32,000 bases of DNA, taken from positions 150,001-182,000 of the forward strand of contig NC_006576.1 in NCBI RefSeq assembly GCF_000010065.1, in the 5' to 3' direction. Source of the stretch: Synechococcus elongatus PCC 6301. GTDB taxonomy: Bacteria > Cyanobacteriota > Cyanobacteriia > Synechococcales > Synechococcaceae. The number at the start of each line of letters is the position of its first letter. Within the stretch, counting starts at the first letter, position 1. The notes below the pieces were generated by a model. That model did not search any database, was not told where the DNA came from, and saw only the letters and a program-made list of their open reading frames with translations. The position numbers and the translations under genes are program-made. Positions 11,112 through 20,729 of the stretch are shown here, in pieces.

Positions 11112-12803
11112 TCAGGCCCGTTTGGTTGCCGACTGAGTGACTTGGCGGCTAATTAGAATCACAGGCAGCAGACCCGCTACCAAAATCATCAGCGCCGGGA
11201 GCGCAGCTTCTGCCAGACGTTCATCCGAGGCATATTGATAGACCCGCACAGCCAAAGTGTCGAAGTTAAAGGGGCGCATCACCAAAGTGGCAGGCAGCTC
11301 CTTCATTACATCGACAAACACCAGCATGCTGACGCTGAGGAGTCCACCGCTGAGGAGAGGCAAGTGAATGCGGCGTAGCACCCCACTGCTGCTTTCCCCG
11401 AGGCTGCGAGCCGCTTCGTCAAAGCTAGGGCGGATTTTGGTCAAGCTGGATTCGATACCCGAAAAAGCGATCGCCAGAAACCGCACGAGATAGGCAAACA
11501 CAAGGCCAACCAAAGTTCCGGTCAAAAGAATTGGTTCTGTGCCACCAAAGCGATCGCTGAGGCCTGTCAAGCCCTGATCTAGCCCCCCTAGCGCCAAAAG
11601 AATACCCACAGCCAATACTGACCCGGGAATGGCATAGCCGAGAGAAGCCGTACGCACCGCTAGCTGAATTGGCCAAGACTTTTGTAATCGCTGACCATAG
11701 CTGACGATCAAGCCCAGCAGCGTCGCCAGAACAGCTGTGATTCCAGCCAACATCAAACTGTTGCGGGTCAAGTCCCAGAAGTTATTGTTACTGGCCTCTT
11801 CGCTGTAGTTAAGGACGAGTTCTAACAAAATGCCGACGGGCAGCACGAGACCAAGCAACACTGGCAGGAGACAAGCGATCGCTGCAATCAGCGCCCGCCA
11901 ACCCCGTAATTGGTAAACCGGCGCTTCCGCGTAGCGACTCCCAGACTCGTAGAAACGGGCTTGCCGGCGTGAGGCCCATTCCAGTAGCAGCAGCACGGCA
12001 ATAAACAACAGCAAAACGGCTGATAACTGGGTTGCTGCAGGGCGATCGCCCAATCCCAGCCAGGTGCGATAGATGCCAGTCGTAAAAGTATTGACGCCCA
12101 GGTATTGCACTGCCCCGAAGTCATTGAGGGTTTCCATCAACGCCAAGGCCATCCCCGCTGCGATCGCAGGCCGAGCCAAGGGCAGGGCCACTCGCCAGAA
12201 ACTTTTCCAAGGACTACAGCCCAGACTGCGAGCGGCTTCGATCGTGCAGTGAGACTGCTCAAGGAAGCTGCTGCGGGCTAGCAGGTAGACGTAGGGATAG
12301 AGGGTCAGACTAAAAAGAGCGATCGCCCCTGGCAACGAGCGAATCTCGGGGAACCAATAGTCCTGACTATTGCTCCAGCCAAACGTCTGCCGCAACAAGC
12401 CTTGGACGGGACCGTAATAGTCCAAGAACTCTGAGAGCGTGTAGGCCAACAAATACGTCGGGGTCGCCAGTGGCAAGAGTAAGCCCCATTGCAGCCAGCG
12501 ACTGCCTGGAAATCGGCAGGCCGTCACCAACCAAGCCGTTGCCGTACCAATGACAGCGACGCCAAAGCCCACTCCAAACAACAACGCAAGGGAATGACGC
12601 ACGTATTCCGGCAGGACTGTGGATGCCAGATGCGCCCAAATTTCACTTTTCTGGGTAAACAGGCTAGCCAGAATGACCAAGATCGGAGCGGCCACCAGCA
12701 GCGCCAAGCCGAGGGTCAGGGCAGCCCAGCTCCGACGAGCCATCAGGGTTGGCCAGTGCAGTGCTGGCTGGCTGGCTGAAGTGGGGGGCGAAGCGGCACT
12801 CAC
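11112..12803 (-). CDS. futB: Ferric iron ABC transporter permease (FutB-like, fused double permease)
   Basis: 563 aa, two BPD_transp_1-type halves; EAARSLGCSPWKSFWRVALPLARPAIAAG and EAARSLGESSSGVLRRIHLPLLSGG EAA loops. Confidence 0.88.
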   Translation of the reverse strand: MSAASPPTSASQPALHWPTLMARRSWAALTLGLALLVAAPILVILASLFTQKSEIWAHLASTVLPEYVRHSLALLFGVGFGVAVIGTATAWLVTACRFPGSRWLQWGLLLPLATPTYLLAYTLSEFLDYYGPVQGLLRQTFGWSNSQDYWFPEIRSLPGAIALFSLTLYPYVYLLARSSFLEQSHCTIEAARSLGCSPWKSFWRVALPLARPAIAAGMALALMETLNDFGAVQYLGVNTFTTGIYRTWLGLGDRPAATQLSAVLLLFIAVLLLLEWASRRQARFYESGSRYAEAPVYQLRGWRALIAAIACLLPVLLGLVLPVGILLELVLNYSEEASNNNFWDLTRNSLMLAGITAVLATLLGLIVSYGQRLQKSWPIQLAVRTASLGYAIPGSVLAVGILLALGGLDQGLTGLSDRFGGTEPILLTGTLVGLVFAYLVRFLAIAFSGIESSLTKIRPSFDEAARSLGESSSGVLRRIHLPLLSGGLLSVSMLVFVDVMKELPATLVMRPFNFDTLAVRVYQYASDERLAEAALPALMILVAGLLPVILISRQVTQSATKRA

Positions 12804-12890
12804 GGGGCAATTGAGAATAAATCGCAGAAGATCACTCTACACTGGAAAAGCTCTCTCTATCACCGCTGTCGCGGTTCTTCGCAGTTGCCC

Positions 12891-13997
12891 ATGTCTCAAT
12901 CCGAGGTTCTTTGCCTAGACCGTGTCTGTAAGCAGTTCTCAGGAAGTTCTCTGGCAGCGGTTGATCAAGTCAGCTTTGGATTAGAAGCTGGAGAAATTCT
13001 GGGACTGGTTGGTCCCTCAGGTTGCGGCAAGACGACCTTATTGCGAATGATTGCTGGTTTTGAGAGCCTGCAGTCTGGCAGCATCCAGCTCGCAGGAGAA
13101 ACCGTAGCCACCGCCCAGCGATCGCTCCCGCCCGAAACTCGGTCAGTGGGCATGGTCTTTCAGGACTATGCACTGTTTCCGCATCTAACGGTTTTGGACA
13201 ATGTCTGCTTTGGGCTGCGCGATCGCAAGGGGTCTGCCGCTGTCGCTCGACAAGCGCTGGCTTTGGTAGGCCTCGAAGGACTAGAACGCCGCTATCCCCA
13301 TGAACTCTCTGGCGGCCAACAACAACGAGTAGCTCTTGCTCGGGCTTTGGCACCGCAGCCCCCGCTGATCTTGCTGGATGAGCCGCTCAGTAATCTTGAT
13401 GTTCAAGTCCGGCTGCGATTGCGGCAGGAACTGCGTGACATCCTGCGCCAAGCTCAGGCAACGGCAATTCTAGTCACCCACGACCAAGAAGAAGCTCTTT
13501 CCATTTGCGATCGCGTGGCGGTAATGCGTTTGGGCCGTTTTGAGCAGATTGGTCAGCCCGAGGAGCTATTTCAACACCCGGCCAGCCGCTTTGTCGCTGA
13601 GTTTTTATCCCAAGCCAACTTCTTGGCCACAGAGTATCAAGGTGATGCGTGGCGCACGGTGCTGGGCGACTTTGAAGCACCGGGGGGATTGGAGGGCAGC
13701 CGTACGGGTGGCGAGCCGCCAGTGGTGATGGTGCGGCAAGAGGATGTTTTGCTACATCCCCATCCTGAGGGCACCGGCCTGGTCCGCGATCGCCAGTTTC
13801 TGGGTCGCGATTACCGCTATTTTGTCCAGCTTCCCGCCGGACTGGAAATCCAAGTCCTTGGGCCAGTCAGCGAGGCGATCGCCGTGGGGACGGCCGTGCA
13901 GGTTCAATTGCGGACAGGGCAAGCCCGCCTCTATCCCTACGACCTGCCCTTGGTTTTACGGGGCACTTCCACGCGTAATGCTGCCGCCCGAGCTTGA
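12891..13997 (+). CDS. futC: Ferric iron ABC transporter ATP-binding protein (FutC/FbpC-like)
   Basis: Walker A GPSGCGKT, signature [15 protein letters not shown], Walker [14 protein letters not shown]-terminal TOBE-like domain. ATG at 12891 preferred over the track's TTG 12885. Confidence 0.88.
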   Translation: MSQSEVLCLDRVCKQFSGSSLAAVDQVSFGLEAGEILGLVGPSGCGKTTLLRMIAGFESLQSGSIQLAGETVATAQRSLPPETRSVGMVFQDYALFPHLTVLDNVCFGLRDRKGSAAVARQALALVGLEGLERRYPHELSGGQQQRVALARALAPQPPLILLDEPLSNLDVQVRLRLRQELRDILRQAQATAILVTHDQEEALSICDRVAVMRLGRFEQIGQPEELFQHPASRFVAEFLSQANFLATEYQGDAWRTVLGDFEAPGGLEGSRTGGEPPVVMVRQEDVLLHPHPEGTGLVRDRQFLGRDYRYFVQLPAGLEIQVLGPVSEAIAVGTAVQVQLRTGQARLYPYDLPLVLRGTSTRNAAARA

Positions 13998-14012
13998 GCA
14001 TTGTCCTAGTAG

Positions 14013-14540
14013 TTATGGTTCCTGAGAGGTGGGCACTGTTTGGCCGACAGGCTGCAGAAATTGCACATTGAGGCGATCGCCCCTATTCAAGCCAAGCTCC
14101 TGACTCCGTCCAGCCCGCAGTTCAATGACCGCATCAATCGGTACCAAGGCCGGACCATAGCTGGGACAGGGCATGGCCAGACAGGGCGGCACCTCACGCA
14201 CAATCGCTCGCACTTCCCCTTGGTAGAGAAAGATCATGTCCAGCGGCTCCGGTGTGTTGAACATCCAGAAGCTGACGGGACGGGCTTGGGAGAACGGAAA
14301 AATCATGCCGCGGTTGTCGGCAAGACGTGGTCGAAACATCAGCCCACGCGCCTGCTGAGCAGGGGTTGCTGCCACTTCCACTTCCAAACGCTGGCCGCCA
14401 ATCTTGACCTCAGCGCCGATCGGTAAATACTGGGCGCGATCGCTCTCCGCTTGGCCTCGGCAGCTCAGGCCCAAAATCGAGAGGGGGATGACTGCGATCG
14501 CTAGCCGTTGCAACCAGCGCTGCTCCAAGAACACAAGCAT
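14013..14540 (-). CDS. DUF192 family exported protein
   Basis: From ATG 14540: hydrophobic leader, then VEVAATPAQQARGLMFRPRLADNRGMIFPFSQARPVSFWMFNTPEPLDMIFL (DUF192 signature). Confidence 0.87.
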   Translation of the reverse strand: MLVFLEQRWLQRLAIAVIPLSILGLSCRGQAESDRAQYLPIGAEVKIGGQRLEVEVAATPAQQARGLMFRPRLADNRGMIFPFSQARPVSFWMFNTPEPLDMIFLYQGEVRAIVREVPPCLAMPCPSYGPALVPIDAVIELRAGRSQELGLNRGDRLNVQFLQPVGQTVPTSQEP

Positions 14541-14715
14541 GGTGAATCCTGAAAATAGGACAGTCAGGTCGAGAGGGCAGTCCTCTGCTTTCAACAGGAC
14601 GATTGATGACGGTGATCAGTTGCCGAGCTGACTGTAGATCCGCAGCTTCCCCAGCGATCGCCACGGATCCCAGCAAGAGGCAATGATAGAGCTTGCTACG
14701 CCTGCTGATTGAATC

Positions 14716-15405
14716 ATGCGAATTCTGCTCGTTGACGACGAAGAAGCCCTGACTGCGCCACCCCATCGCATGTTGCGCCGCGAAGGCTACGACGTGGATG
14801 TGGCGAGTGATGGTCAGACGGGAGAACAGCTGGCAACCCACCAGCCCTACGACTTGCTGATTCTTGATTGGATGCTGCCCGAGCGATCGGGGTTGGATCT
14901 CTGTCGCTCCGTTCGACAGCGCGATCGCCAAGTACCAGTTCTGTTTCTGACTGCTCGCGATACAGTCGATGACCGAGTTCAGGGCTTAGATGCCGGAGCT
15001 GACGACTACTTGGTTAAACCCTTCGAACTGAAGGAACTCCTAGCCCGCGTCCGAGCCTTGCTCCGGCGATCGCCCCGACAGGAAACCTCGGAGGCTCCGC
15101 GCCTTGCGGGTGGCGATCTGGAACTGGATACGCCCAACCAACTGGCCTATCGTCAGGCCCGTCGCATTGAGCTGTCCGAAAAAGAGACGCAGTTGCTGGC
15201 AGTACTCATGCAGCATCCGGGCCAACTGGTCAGCCACCAAGAGCTGCAAGCGCAAGTGTGGGGTTCTGCCAATCCCCCCAGTAGCAATGTTCTGGCCGCA
15301 CAAATTCGCCTCCTGCGCCGCAAGCTGGAAGCCCCGGGCGAAACGCCGCTGATCTTTAGCGTCTATGGCAAAGGTTACCGCTTCCAATTCGGAGATTTGG
15401 CCTAA
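14716..15405 (+). CDS. Two-component response regulator, OmpR/PhoB family
   Basis: MRILLVDDEEAL, phosphoacceptor region LLILDWMLPERSGLDLC, LFLTARD, DDYLVKPF, C-terminal winged helix ending IFSVYGKGYRF. Confidence 0.94.
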   Translation: MRILLVDDEEALTAPPHRMLRREGYDVDVASDGQTGEQLATHQPYDLLILDWMLPERSGLDLCRSVRQRDRQVPVLFLTARDTVDDRVQGLDAGADDYLVKPFELKELLARVRALLRRSPRQETSEAPRLAGGDLELDTPNQLAYRQARRIELSEKETQLLAVLMQHPGQLVSHQELQAQVWGSANPPSSNVLAAQIRLLRRKLEAPGETPLIFSVYGKGYRFQFGDLA

Positions 15406-15430
15406 ATTTACCCTTCGGAGACTCGTCACC

Positions 15431-16206
15431 ATGCGGATTGACTGCCTGCCAGCACTTCAGGACAATACATCTTTCTGCTAGTTGATGTAGAGCAGCGACA
15501 GGCCGCGGTAGTTGACCCAGCGGAAGCAGAGCCAGTGCTCGCTGCTTTGCAAGCGGAAGGGCTCACCCTAACAGCCATCCTGAATACCCACCATCACGGC
15601 GATCATGTCGGCGGTAACCGGCGGTTGCTACGGCAATTTCCCGAGGCAGCTGTCTCCGCCAGCGCCGTCGATCGCGATCGCATTCCAGGTCAAACGGTCT
15701 TGCTCGAAGCGGGCGATCGCCTACAGATTTGTGGTCAAACCGCCGAAGTCTTATTTGTGCCCGGACATACCCGTGGCCACATCGCCTATTACTTCCCTGA
15801 GGTAGCTGAGGGCAACCCTAGGGGCGCTTTGTTCTGCGGCGACACCCTGTTTGCCGGTGGCTGCGGTCGTCTGTTTGAAGGGACGCCGGCGCAAATGCTG
15901 GACTCCTTGCAACAGCTGCGATCGCTCCCTGACGACACCGCAATCTACTGCGCCCACGAGTACACCTTGAACAACCTCCGCTTCGCGCTAACAGTAGAGC
16001 CAGACAATTTTGACCTGCAACAGCGCTATCAAGCCGTCGCGATCGCTCGTCAGCAAGGACAGGCGACTATTCCTAGCCGTTTAGACATTGAAAAAGCTAC
16101 CAATCCCTTTCTGCGCTGGGATCAAGCAGCCCTGCAAGCGGCCGTTTCCAGTCAAGATCCGGTTCAAACCTTGGCTCGGCTGCGGAGCCGGAAGGATCAG
16201 TTTTAG
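15431..16206 (+). pseudogene. gloB: Hydroxyacylglutathione hydrolase (glyoxalase II) with apparent N-terminal frameshift
   Basis: [10 protein letters not shown] metal motif, [23 protein letters not shown]. Track starts at GTG 15535, but homologous N-terminal sequence [12 protein letters not shown] (15431, SD-like cggag upstream) is in another frame and meets TAG at 15479. One extra T near 15466 restores [26 protein letters not shown]. Could be a sequencing error rather than a true pseudogene. Confidence 0.8.
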
Positions 16207-16222
16207 AGAGCAGAGATTGAGG

Positions 16223-17482
16223 TCACGACTGCGGCGATCGCAAATTCTCGCCACACGCCCGACAGTAGGGCAGATATTGATAGGTCAGGTGGTGGCAATG
16301 ATGGCACTCGATGTATTGATAATGGCCACAGTGGGGGCAGTGCGCTTCTTGAGCAGGGAGCCGTTTGGCGCACTTGATACAGCGGGACTTCTGGACTCGA
16401 TTAGCGGCTTGAATGCGTGGGTTAAAAATCCAAGCTTGGGCGAGTTTGATGATGCCAAAACCCAAGGCAGGAATCAGGAAGATATAGAGATAACTGACGA
16501 GGAAGAGGAGCTGGCCAAATAGAGCTTGAACTAGCTGTGAGAGAGCATTAAAAATAATGTTGATTCGCAGTAGCTCAAAGGCTTTAAACAGTAATGGCAG
16601 AGAGAAGATAACTAGTAAGTGCCAGCTCAACAAAGCCAGCAATCCATAGTCACGTCGTTCAGCATAGCGATGGATAACTGTCGCGATCGCTAGGAGTGGA
16701 GCAAGGAATATAATCTGTAGCAAGAGTTGCAGGGCTGGATACCAAAACAGCGATCGCTGATAGCCCTGTGCAACCTGTTCAAATTGACTACGATCGGCCA
16801 GCAGCGCCAAAAAGGAGCGACTTGCAGGCTGAGTGATCAGCGTTTGTTCTAAACCAGCGATCGCCTGCCGATTGGTCTGAATCGTTGCTTGATTAGCCTC
16901 AAGTTTTTGGCGAGCTTGATCTGCCCCAACATCGGTGATTGCCTGATCTCGAGACTGCCCTGCGATTTGCTCCAGCAGGGAAGAGTCGTACTGCTCACGA
17001 ATTTTTTGATTTTCAGCTTCTAGCTGGTTGATCGTGGCTTGTTTTTGATTAATCGAGACAAGAATATTAGAATAATTTGCCTTAGTGATTTGGTCATAGC
17101 GCTCTGCATATTGTAGACAGAGTGGAGAGGCTGAGCCGAGGCGATCGCGCTGCGACTGTTGATATTGACTAGTCAGCGAAAGAAAGGAACTAGGGGTTTC
17201 CATCCCGATTCTTACAGCTTGAGAGACTAGCTTAAAAGCCTGATTCTCTGCCTTGCGAAGTTGTGGGTCTTGATAAATTTGCCAGTCTTGATAGCAAGGA
17301 TAAGACTCGCTAGCCATGAGTGGCCAACGACCAATTTCTGAGAGTCCTGAAAAGACATTAACGAGGATGAAAATATCAATAACAATAATGACAACAAGAC
17401 TAACTTTGTTCAGGGGCTCATTGTTAATCGTTCTCGACCTGCGAAATGCCGATCCAAACCATCGTTTCAAGCGTGACCACAT
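16223..17482 (-). CDS. Membrane protein with coiled coil and C-terminal double zinc ribbon
   Basis: 419 aa: N-terminal TM, Gln-rich coiled-coil region, several TMs, then CIKCAKRLPAQEAHCPHCGHYQYIECHHCHHLTYQYLPYCRACG. Confidence 0.85.
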   Translation of the reverse strand: MWSRLKRWFGSAFRRSRTINNEPLNKVSLVVIIVIDIFILVNVFSGLSEIGRWPLMASESYPCYQDWQIYQDPQLRKAENQAFKLVSQAVRIGMETPSSFLSLTSQYQQSQRDRLGSASPLCLQYAERYDQITKANYSNILVSINQKQATINQLEAENQKIREQYDSSLLEQIAGQSRDQAITDVGADQARQKLEANQATIQTNRQAIAGLEQTLITQPASRSFLALLADRSQFEQVAQGYQRSLFWYPALQLLLQIIFLAPLLAIATVIHRYAERRDYGLLALLSWHLLVIFSLPLLFKAFELLRINIIFNALSQLVQALFGQLLFLVSYLYIFLIPALGFGIIKLAQAWIFNPRIQAANRVQKSRCIKCAKRLPAQEAHCPHCGHYQYIECHHCHHLTYQYLPYCRACGENLRSPQS

Positions 17483-17694
17483 GGTTACGACTCCTCCCAG
17501 TGTTTCCTGAGCAGCTCACTCCGGCTTTTAAGATGTCACCCTGAACTCGACCAACGGATGATTCGTCGAAATTTCTTATCATTGGTGAATCCCTCCCCAG
17601 ATCCGTTGAGCGTCAATCCGTGGCTCTGAGGGCCTCAATCCAGTCCATTGGAAATCTCGCGGCAGAATAAAGGAGTACTGCTGTTTGAACTCGC

Positions 17695-18072
17695 ATGGAT
17701 CTCAAACGCCTCGGCCACGTTGCCATTTGCGTGAAAGATATTGAAGCTGCCGCTGCGTTCTATCAGGGCTTGGGTCTCGAGCTAGTTTGGCAGGATGCAG
17801 ACTGGGCATACCTTAAGGCGGGTGAGGACGGCCTGGCGCTACTCGGCCCCAGCTACAAGCAAGCAGGTCCACACTTTGGCTTTATTTTTCACGATCGCGC
17901 CGAAGTTGACACGGCTTATGAGCAGCTGAAAACCCAGGGTGTTGAACTAACGCGCATCCATGAGCACCGTGATGGTACGGCCTCCTTCTACGGCAAAGAC
18001 CTTGACGGCAACTGGTTTGAATACCTCTATGAACCCATCAAGGCAACCGTAGAAACTACAGTTTCGGCTTGA
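17695..18072 (+). CDS. VOC family protein (glyoxalase I-like fold)
   Basis: 125 aa; LGHVAICVKDIEAAAAFYQGLGLELVW ... FYGKDLDGNWFEYLY. Confidence 0.88.
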   Translation: MDLKRLGHVAICVKDIEAAAAFYQGLGLELVWQDADWAYLKAGEDGLALLGPSYKQAGPHFGFIFHDRAEVDTAYEQLKTQGVELTRIHEHRDGTASFYGKDLDGNWFEYLYEPIKATVETTVSA

Positions 18073-18133
18073 TCGAGGCTTAACTACCTTGGTTAATCTT
18101 AATTCCGATTAGCAAGGTTAGTTGTCATGAGTT

Positions 18134-18158
18134 AGCCTCTCTTATTCCAAGAGAGGCT
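18134..18158. other. Inverted repeat downstream of the VOC gene
   Basis: agcctctctt / aagagaggct, 10-bp perfect stem with 5-nt loop attcc; no good T-run follows on + strand. Confidence 0.5.
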
Positions 18159-18422
18159 TAGTTAATCTAGACAGATTACCAAAGAATCTAAGATGTTTAC
18201 TGCAAAAATAATTTGTCTAAATTAATTCAGAACACCCTAACTCACGAGTGCTGGCAATGGTTTGAACGTTGAAAGATCAACCCAAATCAAACCTCCAGTC
18301 AAACTTTTAAAAAATAAATTTACAACATTAAGAGACGTTTAAAAGCATTAGCCTTGTTGCCGGCAAGATTAGGATCACTCTTGGGAATCCTCTGATCCAG
18401 AGGTTAGGAGTGTTGCTTCATC

Positions 18423-19544
18423 TTGATTGGTCATACGCTGAGGAGACGCCAGTTTTTGCAGGGACTTTGTGGTGCGTCTGCAGTTCTACTCGCCCAGCAA
18501 GTCCAAGCTGCACCGGCAAGATTGCGATCGCTGGCAGAGTTAGCACAACAGCGATCGCTCCTGCGGGGATCTGCCATTACGACTGACATGTTGGCCATTC
18601 CAGACTTAGCAGCACTCTATCGTCAGCAAACGAGTCTCTTGGTGCCGGAATGGGAAATGAAGTGGGAGGTGTTGCAACCGAGCCCCGATCGCTTTGACTT
18701 TAGCCGCTCGGATCGCTTACTCGCTTTTGCGCAGTCCTATCAAGCCCAGTTGCGCGGTCACACGTTGCTCTGGCATCAGCAATTGCCGCAGTGGCTAGCA
18801 TCCTTGACAGCGGCTGAGACAGCAACAGCCCTGCAACGCTATATCACCACCGTTGTTGGTCACTATCGCGGTCACCTGCAATCTTGGGATGTGATTAACG
18901 AACCGATCGCCGAAAATGGACAAGGACTCCGTCCCAATCTTTGGTTACGGCAGCTAGGGCCTAGTTATTTAGAGAAGAGCCTGCGCTGGGCAAGAGCGGT
19001 CGACCCGACAGTTCCCTTGGTCATTAATGACTTCGGTCTGGAACCTGATAGCCCCCTCGCGACTCGTAAACGTCTGCAGCTACTGCGTCTCGTTCAGGAA
19101 TTGCGCGATCGCGATACTCCCCTTCAGGCGATCGGGTTCCAAGCTCACTTGGTCGCTAACCCCCAAGCACCTCCCAGCTTCACTGGTTTTGCTGAGTTTT
19201 TAGCGGACTTGAGTCGCTTTGATCTCGACTTCTACATTACAGAATTAGACGTCAATGATCAGGCTTTACCGGCCAATAATGCTGAGCGCGATCGCGAAGT
19301 TGCCCAGACCTATCAGCGTTTCTTGAGTGCAGTTCTACCGCTTCCTCGCCTCAAGTTAGTGACCACTTGGGGGCTCAGCGATCGCTTCACTTGGCTTAAT
19401 CAGTTTGCACCTCGGGCAGATGGACTACCTCAGCGTCCACTCCCGTTTGATTCCGTTTTTCAACCCACTGAGACCTATGGCAACCTCATCACCCTCCTCC
19501 AATCAGTTTCAAACGGACCCAACAGCAGCACCTCAACGCAGTAG
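18423..19544 (+). CDS. Glycoside hydrolase family 10 endo-1,4-beta-xylanase-like, exported
   Basis: Tat-like leader LRRRQFLQGLCGASAVLLAQQVQA; LRGHTLLWHQQLPQW; acid/base motif WDVINEPIAE; nucleophile motif FYITELDVND. TTG start. Confidence 0.9.
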   Translation: MIGHTLRRRQFLQGLCGASAVLLAQQVQAAPARLRSLAELAQQRSLLRGSAITTDMLAIPDLAALYRQQTSLLVPEWEMKWEVLQPSPDRFDFSRSDRLLAFAQSYQAQLRGHTLLWHQQLPQWLASLTAAETATALQRYITTVVGHYRGHLQSWDVINEPIAENGQGLRPNLWLRQLGPSYLEKSLRWARAVDPTVPLVINDFGLEPDSPLATRKRLQLLRLVQELRDRDTPLQAIGFQAHLVANPQAPPSFTGFAEFLADLSRFDLDFYITELDVNDQALPANNAERDREVAQTYQRFLSAVLPLPRLKLVTTWGLSDRFTWLNQFAPRADGLPQRPLPFDSVFQPTETYGNLITLLQSVSNGPNSSTSTQ

Positions 19545-20712
19545 CGCTGCTAATTTTGTGGTGATCAGCCTAGGCATCTTGATTCTGCTCAGTGGTGTTG
19601 GCTTACTGTTTTACACCTTGGCAACCACTCGTGGTCGAGATGCAATTGTCAACGCCAAAGTTATCACTTTGCAAGCCCCTGATGATGGGATTGTGACCGA
19701 TTTTCAGATACGACCGGGCGAAGAAATTCCTGCTAATCAACCCCTTCTAAGGATTGAGAATCCTCGCACAAGTACATTTGAGCAAGCACGCTTACAGACT
19801 CAGCTCGATACTGAGCAGCAAAAACTAAAATTACAGCAAGATCAGTTGAGCAATATCTCACAACTTCGCCAACAGGTCGAGCGTGATAACCGCAATCAAC
19901 GGCAACTCGAAATCAATAAGTTCACAGCGCAACGCCGCAAGTTGCAGGCTGATATTAATGCAGCTCGTGGGCAATTGGCATTAGCGAAACGAATTTATGA
20001 ACGCCGCCGCGACCTAGCTACCACAGGAGCTATCGCGATCGAAGTGGCTGATCAAGCAGAGACAGACTATTTACGGCAACAGGATGCTCTCACAGCCCTA
20101 ACGAAAGAGCTGACCAGTCGGGAACAAGATTTAAAAGCAGCCCAATTGGGGCTAACTTTAATTAATTCCCGCACCAACTATGATCCGAGTGTTCGTCTAC
20201 AGGAATTAAAGATTCAAGAAACGCAGCTACGATCGCAGGTCGCAGCACAGACAGCCCAAGTCAATGGTCTAAAAAATCAGTTACAGGAAATTACGCGTAA
20301 CACGCGATCGCGCCAGAATATTCCGCTTTCAAGTCCTGTTCCTACTGTTTTATGGCAGTCCTCAGTCAGTAATGGAGACGTTGTCACACGAGGACAACCA
20401 CTCGCAAAAACCATTGACTGTCGCGACCGTTGGATCGATGTCTACATCGGTGAAACGGCTTTACGCCAAGTCCGAATTGGTGAGTCTGCTCGCATTGATT
20501 TGATTGGCAAAGATCAATCAATAACAGGCAAGGTTGCATTTATTCGTTCTGGGGTTGGTCGTCTACGTATTGGTGAAGATGTGCTGCCACTTGTACCGAT
20601 TAATTTAGCGCGGGAAAGCCAGGTGAGAATTCAGTTAGATCCTGATAACGTTCAAGCTGCTGAATTTTGCTATGTGGGATTTACAGGTCGTGTTACTTTC
20701 CAAAATTTTTAA
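19477..20712 (+). CDS. HlyD-like membrane fusion / secretion protein
   Basis: From ATG 19477: N-terminal TM, lipoyl/barrel-sandwich segment (ITLQAPDDGIVTDFQIRPGEEIPANQPLLRIENPR), long coiled coil, second half-motif VVTRGQPLAKTIDC. Track start 19405 seems too far upstream. Confidence 0.88.
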   Translation: MATSSPSSNQFQTDPTAAPQRSSAANFVVISLGILILLSGVGLLFYTLATTRGRDAIVNAKVITLQAPDDGIVTDFQIRPGEEIPANQPLLRIENPRTSTFEQARLQTQLDTEQQKLKLQQDQLSNISQLRQQVERDNRNQRQLEINKFTAQRRKLQADINAARGQLALAKRIYERRRDLATTGAIAIEVADQAETDYLRQQDALTALTKELTSREQDLKAAQLGLTLINSRTNYDPSVRLQELKIQETQLRSQVAAQTAQVNGLKNQLQEITRNTRSRQNIPLSSPVPTVLWQSSVSNGDVVTRGQPLAKTIDCRDRWIDVYIGETALRQVRIGESARIDLIGKDQSITGKVAFIRSGVGRLRIGEDVLPLVPINLARESQVRIQLDPDNVQAAEFCYVGFTGRVTFQNF

Positions 20713-20729
20713 GAGTTGTTAATTGCTTC

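Noticed and set aside
14040-14426. Plus-strand 128-aa ORF
   Set aside because: Antisense to the DUF192 gene, which has clear family motifs.
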